The notes beneath the pieces are model-generated. The model had not been told where the DNA came from. It worked only from the letters and a program-made list of their open reading frames with translations, and made no database searches. Source: an uncultured Poribacteria bacterium (GTDB lineage: Bacteria > Poribacteria > WGA-4E > WGA-3G). From it: a stretch of DNA of 64,000 nucleotides. This document shows, one piece after another, positions 1 through 10,515 of this stretch; the first letter of the stretch is position 1, and every line of letters begins with the position of its first letter. The translations under genes were made by a program, and so were the position numbers. Where the stretch lies: assembly GCA_958296135.2 (NCBI GenBank), contig CATQHZ020000001.1, forward strand, positions 4,768,001 to 4,832,000, given 5' to 3'.

Positions 1-1
1 G

Positions 2-307
2 GTTCCGAATATCTTCGGGGAGCCCGATGACAACCAGGTCTGCAGAGTGCGCTTTCTCACAGATCATCTGCCGTGGGTTTCCAGCGACAGCCTCAATGTG
101 GTAATCCAAGAAATCATACAGCGAACATTCCGCTTCCGTTCGCCGGATGACAGTGTCAGCGACTTCGGCACGTCCGCCGTGGGCACTGTCCTGAAAAAAG
201 ACACACGAGAGATGCGTGCCGAGGAGCACGGCGAGTTGCCCGGCGTATTCAAAGGCATTTTTCTCGTAATCCGTGTCGCCTATGGCGACGAGTATGTTTT
301 TTATCAT
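2..307 (-). CDS. Universal stress protein (Usp) family, runs off the window edge
   Basis: Manual translation from ATG at 307 (SD GGAGAGGGAG upstream): MIKNILVAIGDTDYEKNAFEYAGQLA...VAGNPRQMICEKAHSADLVVIG, a typical Usp pattern. Not in the ORF track. Confidence 0.75.
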   Translation of the reverse strand, partial: MIKNILVAIGDTDYEKNAFEYAGQLAVLLGTHLSCVFFQDSAHGGRAEVADTVIRRTEAECSLYDFLDYHIEAVAGNPRQMICEKAHSADLVVIGLPEDIRN

Positions 308-329
308 TGGCTCCCTCTCCCCGCAAACG

Positions 330-683
330 TCACTGTGACGGCTCCAACAAAGCGGTGATAGCTTCGTTTTCGCTCTCATAGTTTCTAAAGACGGTGATTA
401 ATCTCGCCATGACAATGAGGTTTTTGACATGCTTGTTGACATTAATCACCCCGATTTTCCCGCCGCGGGGGTGAATCTCGGCGTAGATTTTCATCAGGGT
501 GCCGAGCCCGGAACTGTCCATTCCGGTGACTTCTTTGAAGTCAAACACCAATTTCGGCGGTTCGGTAAGTTCAGCAAGGGTTTTCTCCAGGACCTCGGTA
601 ACCTCGCTCACTCCCGGTGCTATGATTCTCCCACTGAGTTTACAAATAACAACCCCTTCTTTCTGAGACACGGTGATTGCCAT
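330..683 (-). CDS. STAS-domain anti-sigma factor antagonist
   Basis: MAITVSQ... with phosphorylation motif MDSSGLGTL; SD GGAGG before ATG 683. Confidence 0.9.
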   Translation of the reverse strand: MAITVSQKEGVVICKLSGRIIAPGVSEVTEVLEKTLAELTEPPKLVFDFKEVTGMDSSGLGTLMKIYAEIHPRGGKIGVINVNKHVKNLIVMARLITVFRNYESENEAITALLEPSQ

Positions 684-836
684 AGTTGCCTCCTGTTTCG
701 CTCGCGGCGCGCCGATGCCGATGCGCCCCACAAATGAGCCATCCCCCCCTCAAACAGCTCGGACCCGGGCGAGCCCGAGCTACAGAGAAAGGCGCATCGG
801 ACTTCAGGCGGTGGAAGCGCGTTCCGAAGAAGCGGT

Positions 837-1184
837 TCAACTCTCGTTCGCGAGTGCCGAGACCGCGGCTTCTTCGGAATCGTAATGTTCAAAAATACTG
901 ACGAGCCGGCTGCGGACGATCAGGTTCTTGATGTTTTTGCCGACGTTGATAACGCCAATGCGGCCGTCCAGCCGCTTCGCGGCGACATGCGCGCCCATCA
1001 AAGTGCCGAGCCCGGAACTGTCCATCATCGAGACATTCTCAAAATTGATGAGGAGTCTCGGCGTATCGGTAGCATCAATCTGCGCGGTTATCGCATCACG
1101 AAGCTCCGATACCGCGGTCCCCATGATTTTCCCGCTGGGTTCCAAAATTGTAACGCCATCGCTCTGGCGGATTGTGGTTGCCAT
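837..1184 (-). CDS. STAS-domain anti-sigma factor antagonist (paralog of 330-683)
   Basis: MATTIRQ... with MMDSSGLGTL; SD AAGGAG before ATG 1184. Confidence 0.9.
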   Translation of the reverse strand: MATTIRQSDGVTILEPSGKIMGTAVSELRDAITAQIDATDTPRLLINFENVSMMDSSGLGTLMGAHVAAKRLDGRIGVINVGKNIKNLIVRSRLVSIFEHYDSEEAAVSALANES

Positions 1185-1244
1185 TCTGGCTGCTCCTTTT
1201 TTCAGTTTTTGGCGAATTGAGTGGTTCAACTCACTTTACCTTTT

Positions 1245-1273
1245 ATTTTAATCCTTTTTAATGCATTTGTCAA
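1245..1273 (-). promoter_or_regulatory. Sigma-70 promoter for the STAS-STAS-Usp operon
   Basis: TTGACA-17 bp-TAAAAT on the minus strand. Confidence 0.75.
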
Positions 1274-1290
1274 GTTTAAATTCAAAAAAA

Positions 1291-1509
1291 GAATCAGGAT
1301 TTACAAGATTTACAGGATTCGCAGGATGACAGGCATCGGCGTATCGGAATCCTCATGTATCGCCGACGTTTTCCATCGTTGAAAAACGTCTTTCTCTCCG
1401 TTAGAACACCGCCATGTAAAGGGTTACCCGAGTGTCACGCAACACAGAAATTCCGATGGCACCAAGCCCCTCATCCTATTCATCTTGAAATCCTGCACAT
1501 CCGCAATTC
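1291..1509. repeat. Imperfect inverted-repeat element with 9-bp-periodic AGGAT arms (MITE-like)
   Basis: Left arm GAATCAGGATTTACAAGATTTACAGGATTCGCAGGATGA (1291-1329) is roughly complementary to TCATCCTATTCATCTTGAAATCCTGCACATCCGCAATTC (1471-1509). Confidence 0.55.
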
Positions 1510-1517
1510 AGACAAGA

Positions 1518-4199
1518 TTATGAAGACTTCAAAAAATTCCGAATCACGTAATCCAGAATTCCACCGTGTTTGTAATATGCCACCTCAACCGGGGAATCGA
1601 TTCTGACGCGCACTTCCGTCGACAGTGTCTCGCCGCCGGCGCGGACGATGTCCATCGTCGCCATCTGCCCGGCCTGCAAGTCAGCAGCGAAACCGGTGAC
1701 ACAGATCTGCTCGCTCCCATCAAGGTTGAGCGTCTGCGCGTTTTCGCCCGCTTTGAATTGCAACGGCAAAATGCCCATGCCGATGAGGTTGCTCCGATGA
1801 ATGCGTTCATAACTCTCAACGACGACGGCCCTGACTCCGAGCAGTTTCGGTCCCTTCGCCGCCCAATCGCGGGAGCTGCCCATGCCGTAGTCCTTGCCAG
1901 CAAAGATGACGGTGGGAACGCCGTTTTCCCGGTAATGGCGCGCCGCTTCATAAATCGTCGTCTGTTCGCCTTCGGGATACTGGCGCGTGAATCCGCCTTC
2001 AACATCGGGTGTCATCAAGTTGCGGACGCGGCGATTGGCAAACGTGCCGCGGCTCATCAGCCGGTCATTGCCGCGTCTGGCACCGTAGGTATTGAAATCG
2101 CGCGGGGCCACGCCGTTTTCCTGAAGGTATTCTCCTGCGGGGCTCGCTGCGGCGATGGCACCCGCCGGTGAAATGTGGTCTGTCGTGACAGAGTCGCCGA
2201 AGATGCCGAGGATCCGTGCGTTAACGACATCCGAAATCGGTGCGGGTTCACGCGAAAATCCCTCAAAGAACGGTGGATGCTGCACATACGTGCTTTCTTC
2301 GTCCCATGGATACAGCACGCCGGTTGCACCGGCGAGTGCTTCCCACTCCGGTGCCTGCGCGCCGATTTGTTCATACATCTCACGGAATGTCTGCCTGTCT
2401 ACCGAGGTGCTAATCATCTCTGCGATTTCTTGGCGCGTCGGCCAGATATCGCGCAGATAAACCGCCTCGCCTGCATCGTTGCGGCCGAGGGGTTCCGTGG
2501 CTAAGTCAATGTCAATCCGCCCCGCGAGTCCATACGCGACAACAAGCGGCGGCGACATGAGGAAGTTCGCCTTTATCTCCGGATGCACGCGCGCCTCAAA
2601 ATTGCGGTTGCCGCTCAGCACGCTGGCAGTAACGAGATTGTCTGCATCGATAGCCGCTTGCACCACTTCGTTGAGGGGCCCACTGTTGCCGATGCACGTC
2701 GTGCATCCGTAGCCGACGACATTGTAGCCCAGTTTCTCCATGTAGCGCAACAAGCCGGTGTTCTGCAGGTATGCTGTCACGACGCGCGAACCGGGCGCGA
2801 GGCTGGTTTTGACGTAATCGGGGACGCGCAACCCTTTCTCGACTGCTTTCTTCGCGAGGAGCCCCGCGCCTATCATCACCGACGGGTTGCTGGTGTTAGT
2901 GCAGCTCGTAATAGCGGAGATGACGACAGAACCGTGCGTTATAACAGCGGAGGCGTTTCCGTTCTCGGAAACATCGACACCAAAACCATCTTCGGCAGTG
3001 GGGCGCGTGAGCAGTTCGGCAAAGGTTTGCTTCACATTTGATAAGGCAATCCTGTCTTGGGGCCGTTTCGGTCCGGCGATGCTCGGTTCAATGTGGCTCA
3101 AGTCGATTTCCAGCACATCGGAATACTGCACTTCGCCGAGGCGCGGGATGCCGAAGATGCCTTGCGCTTTGAGATATGCCTCTACCAACGCCACATGTGC
3201 TTCATCGCGTCCGGTGAGCCGTAAGTAGTTTATCGTCTCGGTATCGGGTGGGAAGAATCCGACGGTTGCGCCGTATTCGGGGCACATGTTTGAAAGCGTC
3301 GCCCGGTCTGGGAGGGAGAGTGTCTCCACGCCTTCGCCGAAGAATTCAACGAATTTATCAACAACCTCGGCGGCCCTGAGCCGCTGCGTTACCGTTAACA
3401 CCAGATCCGTGGCAGTGACACCCTCTTGGAGCTCGCCTTTCAGATGCACGCCGAGGACTTCTGGGGTGAGGATGTAAACGGGTTGCCCGAGCATCGCCGC
3501 TTCCGCCTCAATACCGCCGACGCCCCATCCGACAATGCCTAACCCGTTAATCATTGTGGTATGCGAATCGGTGCCGACAACGGTATCCGGATAAGCCAAC
3601 GCCCCTTCCATCATGACTACCTGGGCGAGGTATTCCAGATTCACCTGATGCACGATGCCGATAGACGGCGGGATGATGTTGAATTTTTCAAACGCCTGCT
3701 GCCCCCATTTCAGGAATTCATACCGCTCCTTGTTGCGTTCAAACTCGCGCCGGGTGTTAAATTGAAAAGCGTTTTCTGTGCCATACGCATCAACCTGAAT
3801 GGAATGATCGATTACCAGATCGACAGGGACGAGCGGTTCTATCCGACTCGCATCGCCGCCGAGTGCTGCGACAGCGGCACGCATCGCCGCGATGTCAACG
3901 ACAAGCGGAACGCCGGTGAAATCTTGCGCGACGACGCGCGCCGGTTTGAACGGAATCTCCGCCACCCTCGGCGAACGGGCATCCCAAGCTGCCAAATTGA
4001 CAACGTCCTGCTCCGCGATGTGGTGGCCGTCGTAATTCCGCAATAACGATTCCAGCAGAATGCGCAGGCTGACAGGTAAAGCCGGTATTGAACCGATGCC
4101 GGCTTCTGCTAACGCGGGCAGTGAATAATAGGTGCACGCGAGCCCATCTGTTTCTAGGGTTCGGCGTGAATTGAATAGGTTATGAGAAGGTTGGGACAT
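1518..4199 (-). CDS. acnA: Aconitate hydratase A
   Basis: Motifs [53 protein letters not shown]; start MSQPSH at 4199 with SD GAGGAG. Confidence 0.97.
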   Translation of the reverse strand: MSQPSHNLFNSRRTLETDGLACTYYSLPALAEAGIGSIPALPVSLRILLESLLRNYDGHHIAEQDVVNLAAWDARSPRVAEIPFKPARVVAQDFTGVPLVVDIAAMRAAVAALGGDASRIEPLVPVDLVIDHSIQVDAYGTENAFQFNTRREFERNKERYEFLKWGQQAFEKFNIIPPSIGIVHQVNLEYLAQVVMMEGALAYPDTVVGTDSHTTMINGLGIVGWGVGGIEAEAAMLGQPVYILTPEVLGVHLKGELQEGVTATDLVLTVTQRLRAAEVVDKFVEFFGEGVETLSLPDRATLSNMCPEYGATVGFFPPDTETINYLRLTGRDEAHVALVEAYLKAQGIFGIPRLGEVQYSDVLEIDLSHIEPSIAGPKRPQDRIALSNVKQTFAELLTRPTAEDGFGVDVSENGNASAVITHGSVVISAITSCTNTSNPSVMIGAGLLAKKAVEKGLRVPDYVKTSLAPGSRVVTAYLQNTGLLRYMEKLGYNVVGYGCTTCIGNSGPLNEVVQAAIDADNLVTASVLSGNRNFEARVHPEIKANFLMSPPLVVAYGLAGRIDIDLATEPLGRNDAGEAVYLRDIWPTRQEIAEMISTSVDRQTFREMYEQIGAQAPEWEALAGATGVLYPWDEESTYVQHPPFFEGFSREPAPISDVVNARILGIFGDSVTTDHISPAGAIAAASPAGEYLQENGVAPRDFNTYGARRGNDRLMSRGTFANRRVRNLMTPDVEGGFTRQYPEGEQTTIYEAARHYRENGVPTVIFAGKDYGMGSSRDWAAKGPKLLGVRAVVVESYERIHRSNLIGMGILPLQFKAGENAQTLNLDGSEQICVTGFAADLQAGQMATMDIVRAGGETLSTEVRVRIDSPVEVAYYKHGGILDYVIRNFLKSS

Positions 4200-4236
4200 C
4201 AATTTCTCCTCTAAACATGTCAGACCCCGAGGTCTT

Positions 4237-6510
4237 TCAATTGTGTTGTATTTTCGCCAGTTTATCAAGTTGCTGGCGCGCATAGACGGTAATAACGTCT
4301 TCCGGGTAGTCGGTAATGAGCGTGGTATAGGTGGCAATGGCATTCGCGTAGTCAGTTTGCCGCTGATAAATGGCGGCGATGTGCATCAACGCTTTCACCG
4401 CGAGCGCGCTTTTCGGGACATCGGGACCAGAAGCCCCTCCTACTGATGTGACGATTTGTCGGTACGCCGCCATCGCCGCTGCATCTTTGCCGCCCTCGCG
4501 GTAGATGTCGCCGAGGAAGAGCCATATATCGTCAACGATGAGTGCCTGTGGGTATGCGTCCAGTGTCCGCTCGCACTGCTGCACGGCGGCATCTGTCTGT
4601 CCACGTTGATGTAGCCGCACGGCAGTGGCATATGCTGCCAACGGGATTTTGAGATAATCGGGATGACTCTGAATAAGGACAAGCCGTTCCAGCGCGTCGT
4701 TCGTGAGCCGGTCGGTTTTTGAGATGAGGATTGCCTGTTTGTATGCTTCCTCCGCTTTCTCAAAATCGGCGGCGAAGAAATAGGCATCACCGATGAGTTT
4801 TTGCGCTGTAGCTTGGAACCGGTTCGCGTCTGCCGCAATAGGTGCGAAGCCCTCCTGCGCTTGGGGATACTGTGCCAATAAGAGCTGGCATTCCGCTATG
4901 CCTAATCGCGCTTCTATCAACTGGCTGCCTATCAATCGCCGGGTGAGCAAACGTTGGAAGGTGGCGTAAGCCTCTTCCGGGGTGCGAAGCCCATGCAGTT
5001 GCAGTTGCGCGAGGAGCAGCCGGGTCTCAATCGAATTGGCACCGGGTAGCGCGGCATTTGCCGCCGCGGTTAAAAGTTCAACGGCATCGTGCCATCGCTC
5101 CATTTTATGATAGAGTCTGGCAAGTTTGCGATGCGTTTCTCCCAATCGCGCGCTATCAGAAGAAACTTGCAGCAACGTCTGATAGAAGTCCACCGCCTCA
5201 CGGTTTCCGTTGCGTGCCAGTCTCCTTGCGTATTGCTCAAGCATGATGTCAATGTAGACAGGATACCGCGCGTGGAGTTGCGTGAATGTCTCCAATGCCT
5301 TCTGGGATTGCCCATCGTAAAAGAGGAGTTCCGCCAATGTGAGGGCGAGGTTGACATTCCGCGGTTGACGTTTTGTCGCTTTTTGCGTGTGGGCGATGAG
5401 TTTCGCCATCAAGGGCTTTTGCGATGGATTGTCATAAATGTCCTGCATGGCGAACAGAATCGCCTCGCGTTGGTTATGCGCCATGCCAACGTTTTGCAAC
5501 GCCTGCAGGTATACCATTCCTGCCTCCTCAATGCGGCCTTGGATTTTGTAAGCGGCGGCGAGCTGCGTGTAGAGGTATCCGTTTTGTGGGCTGAACCGAA
5601 TCGCCTGCCGATACGCCGCGATGGCCTCCGAATACATTTTGTGTGAGAGGTAAAGTGCGCCGAGTTCCTGCTGCCGGGCTACGCTATTCGTCTCGCCTGC
5701 TACCAGTTTTTTCCATTCTTCCACGGCTTGTTTAGTCTTGCCGAGTTCAACGTAAAGTGAGCCGAGTTTTTTGCGGATGCTAGTATTTCCCGGATGCTGT
5801 TCCAACGCGCTGCGGTAGAGTTCCAATGCCTTTGGCTGCGCGCCTTGTTGTTGATAGAGCACCGCCAACTTCTCCAAAAGCGTCGTGTCCCCCGGATGCC
5901 GTTTCATCTGCGCCGCAATCAGTTTCTCTGCCGCCGCGTAACGTTTGTTCTCAATGTAGAGTTGAATGAGGCTATTCACCGCCGAAAACCCGTAAGGCGA
6001 ATGAGGAAAGGTGTCAAGGAAATACCGATAACTCTCCATTGCGTCCTCGTGTTGCCCAGCGGTATATTCGGACTGCGCGAGGAGATAGGCAGCGGTGGCA
6101 GCAGCATTCGTGCCGGGATGCTGCTTCAAAATCTGCTTGCAGTGCAAAATCGCCGCTCGGAATTGATACCGCTGCAGATAGAGGTTGCTAAGGCGATGGA
6201 CAGCCTGCGTTGCGTAAGAGCCGCTCGGGTTTTCGTCAATAATTTCTTTAAAGACGCGATGCGCATCGGCATCTTCGCCGAGTTTCGCGTAACTCTGCCC
6301 GAGCATGAGGCGGATGTTGTCTCGCTGGCTCTGTTGAAGTTCGGTTTCAAGCAGCGCGTGATACGCCTGCACGGCTTCCGCATAGCGGCGTTCGTGGAAG
6401 TGCTCATGCGCTGCTTCAATTGCGTCTAAACCGAGTGCAGGCGCAGCGCAGAGTGCCATCATCGTTATGGCGAGGGCTGTCCGCTGCCACAAAGGGAGCG
6501 ATTTGTTCAT
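4237..6510 (-). CDS. Exported tetratricopeptide-repeat protein
   Basis: Signal-peptide-like N-terminus ([16 protein letters not shown]) followed by many TPR-like helical repeats. Confidence 0.85.
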   Translation of the reverse strand: MNKSLPLWQRTALAITMMALCAAPALGLDAIEAAHEHFHERRYAEAVQAYHALLETELQQSQRDNIRLMLGQSYAKLGEDADAHRVFKEIIDENPSGSYATQAVHRLSNLYLQRYQFRAAILHCKQILKQHPGTNAAATAAYLLAQSEYTAGQHEDAMESYRYFLDTFPHSPYGFSAVNSLIQLYIENKRYAAAEKLIAAQMKRHPGDTTLLEKLAVLYQQQGAQPKALELYRSALEQHPGNTSIRKKLGSLYVELGKTKQAVEEWKKLVAGETNSVARQQELGALYLSHKMYSEAIAAYRQAIRFSPQNGYLYTQLAAAYKIQGRIEEAGMVYLQALQNVGMAHNQREAILFAMQDIYDNPSQKPLMAKLIAHTQKATKRQPRNVNLALTLAELLFYDGQSQKALETFTQLHARYPVYIDIMLEQYARRLARNGNREAVDFYQTLLQVSSDSARLGETHRKLARLYHKMERWHDAVELLTAAANAALPGANSIETRLLLAQLQLHGLRTPEEAYATFQRLLTRRLIGSQLIEARLGIAECQLLLAQYPQAQEGFAPIAADANRFQATAQKLIGDAYFFAADFEKAEEAYKQAILISKTDRLTNDALERLVLIQSHPDYLKIPLAAYATAVRLHQRGQTDAAVQQCERTLDAYPQALIVDDIWLFLGDIYREGGKDAAAMAAYRQIVTSVGGASGPDVPKSALAVKALMHIAAIYQRQTDYANAIATYTTLITDYPEDVITVYARQQLDKLAKIQHN

Positions 6511-6531
6511 GGTATCCTCCGTCCTGATTGA

Positions 6532-7281
6532 TTATCTGAGTTCTACCAATTTTTCAAGGACAAGCGAAAACTTCTCGCTGAGTTCCTTATGCTGCCCGCG
6601 CAACTCAGCGTATACCGCCTTGAGTGCACCATGGTCTTTCTCTATCGAATTTAACCGAACCTCAAGTTCAACGTTTTCCTGCTGGAGCGTAAGGTAGCGT
6701 TGTTCCGCCGCCTTTTTCGCTGCGGCGAGTTCCTGCTGGAGCGCAAGGTAGCGTTGCTCCCCCGCCTGTTGCGTCGTGGTGAGCTCCTGCTGCGTCGCGG
6801 CGAGCTCCTGTTGCGTTGAAATGAGCTCCTGCTGCGCCGTAGAAAACTGCTGTTGCGTCGCGGTGAGCTCCTGCTGCGTTGAAATGAGCTCCTGTTTCGT
6901 TGAGGCGAGTTCCTGTTGCACGGCAGCGAGCTCCTGCTGGAGCGTATGGTGCCGGCTATCGGCGAAGGCTTGGAAAGTTCTGAACTCCTGCCGAAGTGCC
7001 TCGTGTTCCGCCAAAAGCGTTTTGTGTGCCCCCTGGAGAATGCTGTGTTCCTCCTGAAGGGAATCGTATTTCTGCTGAAGGACACCGTTCGATTCTAGCA
7101 GCACATCATATTTCTGCTGAAGGACACCGTTCGATTCCAGCAGCACATCGTATCTCTGCTGAAGGGTGTCCAATCGTTTTTCAACGTCCTTTTTACTCCG
7201 CCAGATGCGAATCAAGGCAAAGATACTGAGCCCGAGCGCGCTGATATCAATTAAACTAAAAGCGGCAACGTTGAAATCCAT
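6532..7281 (-). CDS. Membrane-anchored coiled-coil protein with internal repeats
   Basis: N-terminal hydrophobic helix, a 14-aa duplication (QQ[RK]YDVLLESNGVL) and QQELxxT heptads; SD GGAGG; own promoter. Confidence 0.8.
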   Translation of the reverse strand: MDFNVAAFSLIDISALGLSIFALIRIWRSKKDVEKRLDTLQQRYDVLLESNGVLQQKYDVLLESNGVLQQKYDSLQEEHSILQGAHKTLLAEHEALRQEFRTFQAFADSRHHTLQQELAAVQQELASTKQELISTQQELTATQQQFSTAQQELISTQQELAATQQELTTTQQAGEQRYLALQQELAAAKKAAEQRYLTLQQENVELEVRLNSIEKDHGALKAVYAELRGQHKELSEKFSLVLEKLVELR

Positions 7282-7348
7282 TTTTATCCTCCTTGTTACG
7301 TTATGTCTTACCTCGGTTGTACTGCGGCCAGCGTTTATATGCTATTAA

Positions 7349-7377
7349 AGTATAGCATTTTCTGCGGCGGATGTCAA
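7349..7377 (-). promoter_or_regulatory. Sigma-70 promoter
   Basis: TTGACA-17-TATACT, overlapping the stop codon of the upstream gene. Confidence 0.7.
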
Positions 7378-10300
7378 CCCATTTTCTCGCATAACGCAAT
7401 TATCTCCTCAAGCGGCTGAGTCTCTGCCGCCGATGTGCATCTCTCAACTGTTTCATCGTCAAGATGTTCGTGGAGTTGCGTCATAGCATTCTGCACTGCC
7501 CGCGCGTTTAAGGTATGCGCAGCATCGGTTTCAGCGTAGACGCGCGCGGCGGTAAAAAAGAGCAGTAGACTCCGCTCAAAATGCCCCTCCGCGCGATACA
7601 GCCGCCCGAATTGATAGAGTGAATCGGCGATATCGCGGGAGTATCCGCCTTCCTTCCGAAGTTGCAGGCTTTCAGTGTAGCATCGCCGCGCGTCGTCAAG
7701 GTTCCCCTGCCGCAGCGCGATTTTTCCAAGACTATCCAACAGATAGGGCATATTCGACGTGGCAGTGGCCTGCGCTACCTCCCGCGCAAACTGGAGGCTC
7801 TCGGTATAGTGGCGCGCCGCCGCAGCATCGTCACCTTGCTGATACGCAATCAATCCTAAGTGGCTCAACGAATAGGAGACACCCTGTTTATCGCCCAACT
7901 CGCGCTGAATCGCCAAACTCTCGGTGTGATAACCGATAGCTTCCGCATACGCCATTTGGCGATAGGCAATCAGGCCGAGGTGGTTGAGCGATATCGCAAT
8001 GCCGCGTTTATCGGCGAGCTGCCCCCGGATGTCTAGGCTTTCGGTATGGTAACGCTTCGCTTCCTCATGTGAACCTTGCTGATTCGCCGTTTTCCCGAGA
8101 TTGTTGAGCGAATAGGCGATGCCGCGTTTATCACCCAATTCGCGAGCCAACTGGAGGCTTTCTGTATAAAGCCGTTTCGCCACCTCAAATCGGCGATGGG
8201 TGTATGCCGTAAGCCCAAGGTTATCTAACGCGTAAGCGATGAGCCATTTATCGCCGAGTGCCTTCGCGAGCTGGAGACTCTCCGTGAAATGCGCGTCTGC
8301 TGCCTCGGGCGCGCCTTGATAGCGGGCAATAATGCCGAGCAGGTTTAACCCTGTGGCGACACCGTGGCGATGCCCGGCAGTTCGGAATAGCTGTAACGCT
8401 TCTTCGCACAGCCGCCTCGCCGTCTCGCACTGCTGTTGCGTGTTATAGAATTTTGCGAGGGAGACGAGGACGTGCGCTAAGGTGTCGTCCGGTTCTTCCC
8501 CATTCGCGGGGATTACGCGCTGACAACGCGCGCCTACGGCACCTTCTGGAGGCCGTAAGGCGGTTTCTGCCTGTTGTAACCACGCTACGCCTTCGCCCCA
8601 CAACCCGCGCACATAGAAAAATTGGGTGAGCGCGACCGCGAGCTGGCTGAACGGGTGCCACGCCGCCCCGGCAGCAAGAAACGCCAGCGCAGCACGGAAG
8701 TTATCCAATTCCTGCGCCATCTCTGACAGTGCGTCTGTCTGCGCCGCGCCGCGAAGTTTTTTGTCTAATGCTCGCGCCAATGTCAGATAATACGCCGCAT
8801 GCGCCTCCCGGAACGCGTCCGAAGCCTGCCGCTTCTCTCGCATGTAGAGTTGCAACGGGACAGAAAGGCGATACCGGGCTCCTGTCGTGATGAGCAACGA
8901 TTTGTCGTGTAAACTGAAAATGAGCGCCAGCGTGCTAGCCGCACGACTCTCTGAACGGGGCAAAAACTGCTCTGGTTTCCCTACAGACGAAGAGGCTGAA
9001 GCGGGGTTACAAACTCCGCCTACTGAAGGGGAACAGATGGCTTCGGCAGCCTCTAACGAAAAACCGCCTGAAAAGTGAGATAACTGCCCAAGCAACCGCT
9101 GTTCTTCTGCCGACAACAACTCGAAGGACCAGGACATCACCGCTATCAGCGTTTGGTGGCGTGCCGGCACATCTCGATTCGGCGTTGTTAGGAACGCCAA
9201 CTGCGTTGACAACCGGCTCAAGATGTCTTGCGGTGTCATGCCGCGCACGCGCGCCGCGGCGAGCTCAATCGCAAGCGAGAGCCCATCGAGGGCTCGGCAA
9301 ATTGCACCTACAGCCGCCGCATTCTCTCCCGTTAATTTGAACTGCGGGGAAACCGCCTTCGCACGTGCCAGGAAGAGTTGAACGCTCTCTGATTCCTGAA
9401 GCACTTCACACGTATCATCCGCGGAAGGCACGGATAACGGCGGCACCCTGAACGTTTGTTCTCCCGAAATTTGCAACACGTGACGCGAGGTGACGAGGCA
9501 TTGCACCCTCGGGCAGCCGCGCAGGAGCGTGTTGACATGCATCACGGCTTCCATCAGATGCTCGAAGTTGTCTAACACGAGCAGGAGTTCCTTCTCGGCG
9601 AGATAGGCAACCACCTGCTTCATCACATCGTCGCTCTCTGCCTGTTCGGTTTTGAGCGGAATGGCGAGGGCGGTTGCTATTTCCGTGAGCATAAAGTCTG
9701 GAGAAACCAGAGCGGCGAGGGAGATGAACCACACGCCGTGCCGATAATGCGCCAGCAGTTCCGCCGCGCTCTGGAGCGCGAGCCGCGTTTTGCCGATGCC
9801 CCCGGCACCTGTCAGCGTTAAGAGCCGCGGATTTCCCGCCGTGAGATACCGCACAATCTCGGCAACCTCGGCTTCTCTGCCAATGAAACTTGTCATCGGG
9901 GCCGGCAAGTTATTCGGCAGCGTGTCCATCGTTTTCAACGGCGGAAATGCGTCCGTGTCGGAGACAGAAAACTGAAAGATGCGTTCCGGATGCGACAGAT
10001 TTTTGAGGCGGTGTTCACCCAAATCGCGGAAGCTGCGCCGCGGGAAGTGTGCCTTCACCAATTCATGCGTTGCAGCGGAGAGCAGTATCTGTCCGCCGTG
10101 CCCGGCATCCGTGATGCGTTTGGTGAGGGTGGCGGGCATCCCTTGAATTTCACGGTGCTTACCCTCTTCAAGGAAAAGTAGTTCGCCGGTGTGAATCCCA
10201 ATGCGAACCTTGACATCGCCGACAGCCTTGGGCCAGGGATGCGCCCCAAGTGCCTCTTGCACTTCAATGGCGCACTGGACAGCGGCACTTCCTGTATCAA

Positions 10301-10511
10301 ACAGAAAAGAGAAGGCATCGCCCTCGCTGCCGAGCTCTTGTCCCTCCCACTTTGCCGCGGCCCCCTGCAAAATCGCTTTGTGCGCGGCTAGGACATCCAA
10401 CACGACAACATGCGGATGTCGTTCCCAGAGCAGCGTTGAGCCCTCCATGTCGGTGAACATCAAGGTGCAGGTTCGGCTAGAGAGATGATGAGGCGCATTG
10501 ATTTCTGACAC
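7374..10511 (-). CDS. Class III nucleotide cyclase + STAND (NB-ARC-like) ATPase + TPR protein
   Basis: FTDMEGST, EGDAF and VRIGIHTG (cyclase); GAGGIGKT Walker A; LLVLDNFE Walker B; GLSLAIELAAAR; about 40-aa TPR repeats at the C-terminus. Confidence 0.9.
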   Translation of the reverse strand: MSEINAPHHLSSRTCTLMFTDMEGSTLLWERHPHVVVLDVLAAHKAILQGAAAKWEGQELGSEGDAFSFLFDTGSAAVQCAIEVQEALGAHPWPKAVGDVKVRIGIHTGELLFLEEGKHREIQGMPATLTKRITDAGHGGQILLSAATHELVKAHFPRRSFRDLGEHRLKNLSHPERIFQFSVSDTDAFPPLKTMDTLPNNLPAPMTSFIGREAEVAEIVRYLTAGNPRLLTLTGAGGIGKTRLALQSAAELLAHYRHGVWFISLAALVSPDFMLTEIATALAIPLKTEQAESDDVMKQVVAYLAEKELLLVLDNFEHLMEAVMHVNTLLRGCPRVQCLVTSRHVLQISGEQTFRVPPLSVPSADDTCEVLQESESVQLFLARAKAVSPQFKLTGENAAAVGAICRALDGLSLAIELAAARVRGMTPQDILSRLSTQLAFLTTPNRDVPARHQTLIAVMSWSFELLSAEEQRLLGQLSHFSGGFSLEAAEAICSPSVGGVCNPASASSSVGKPEQFLPRSESRAASTLALIFSLHDKSLLITTGARYRLSVPLQLYMREKRQASDAFREAHAAYYLTLARALDKKLRGAAQTDALSEMAQELDNFRAALAFLAAGAAWHPFSQLAVALTQFFYVRGLWGEGVAWLQQAETALRPPEGAVGARCQRVIPANGEEPDDTLAHVLVSLAKFYNTQQQCETARRLCEEALQLFRTAGHRHGVATGLNLLGIIARYQGAPEAADAHFTESLQLAKALGDKWLIAYALDNLGLTAYTHRRFEVAKRLYTESLQLARELGDKRGIAYSLNNLGKTANQQGSHEEAKRYHTESLDIRGQLADKRGIAISLNHLGLIAYRQMAYAEAIGYHTESLAIQRELGDKQGVSYSLSHLGLIAYQQGDDAAAARHYTESLQFAREVAQATATSNMPYLLDSLGKIALRQGNLDDARRCYTESLQLRKEGGYSRDIADSLYQFGRLYRAEGHFERSLLLFFTAARVYAETDAAHTLNARAVQNAMTQLHEHLDDETVERCTSAAETQPLEEIIALCEKMG

Positions 10512-10515
10512 GAAA

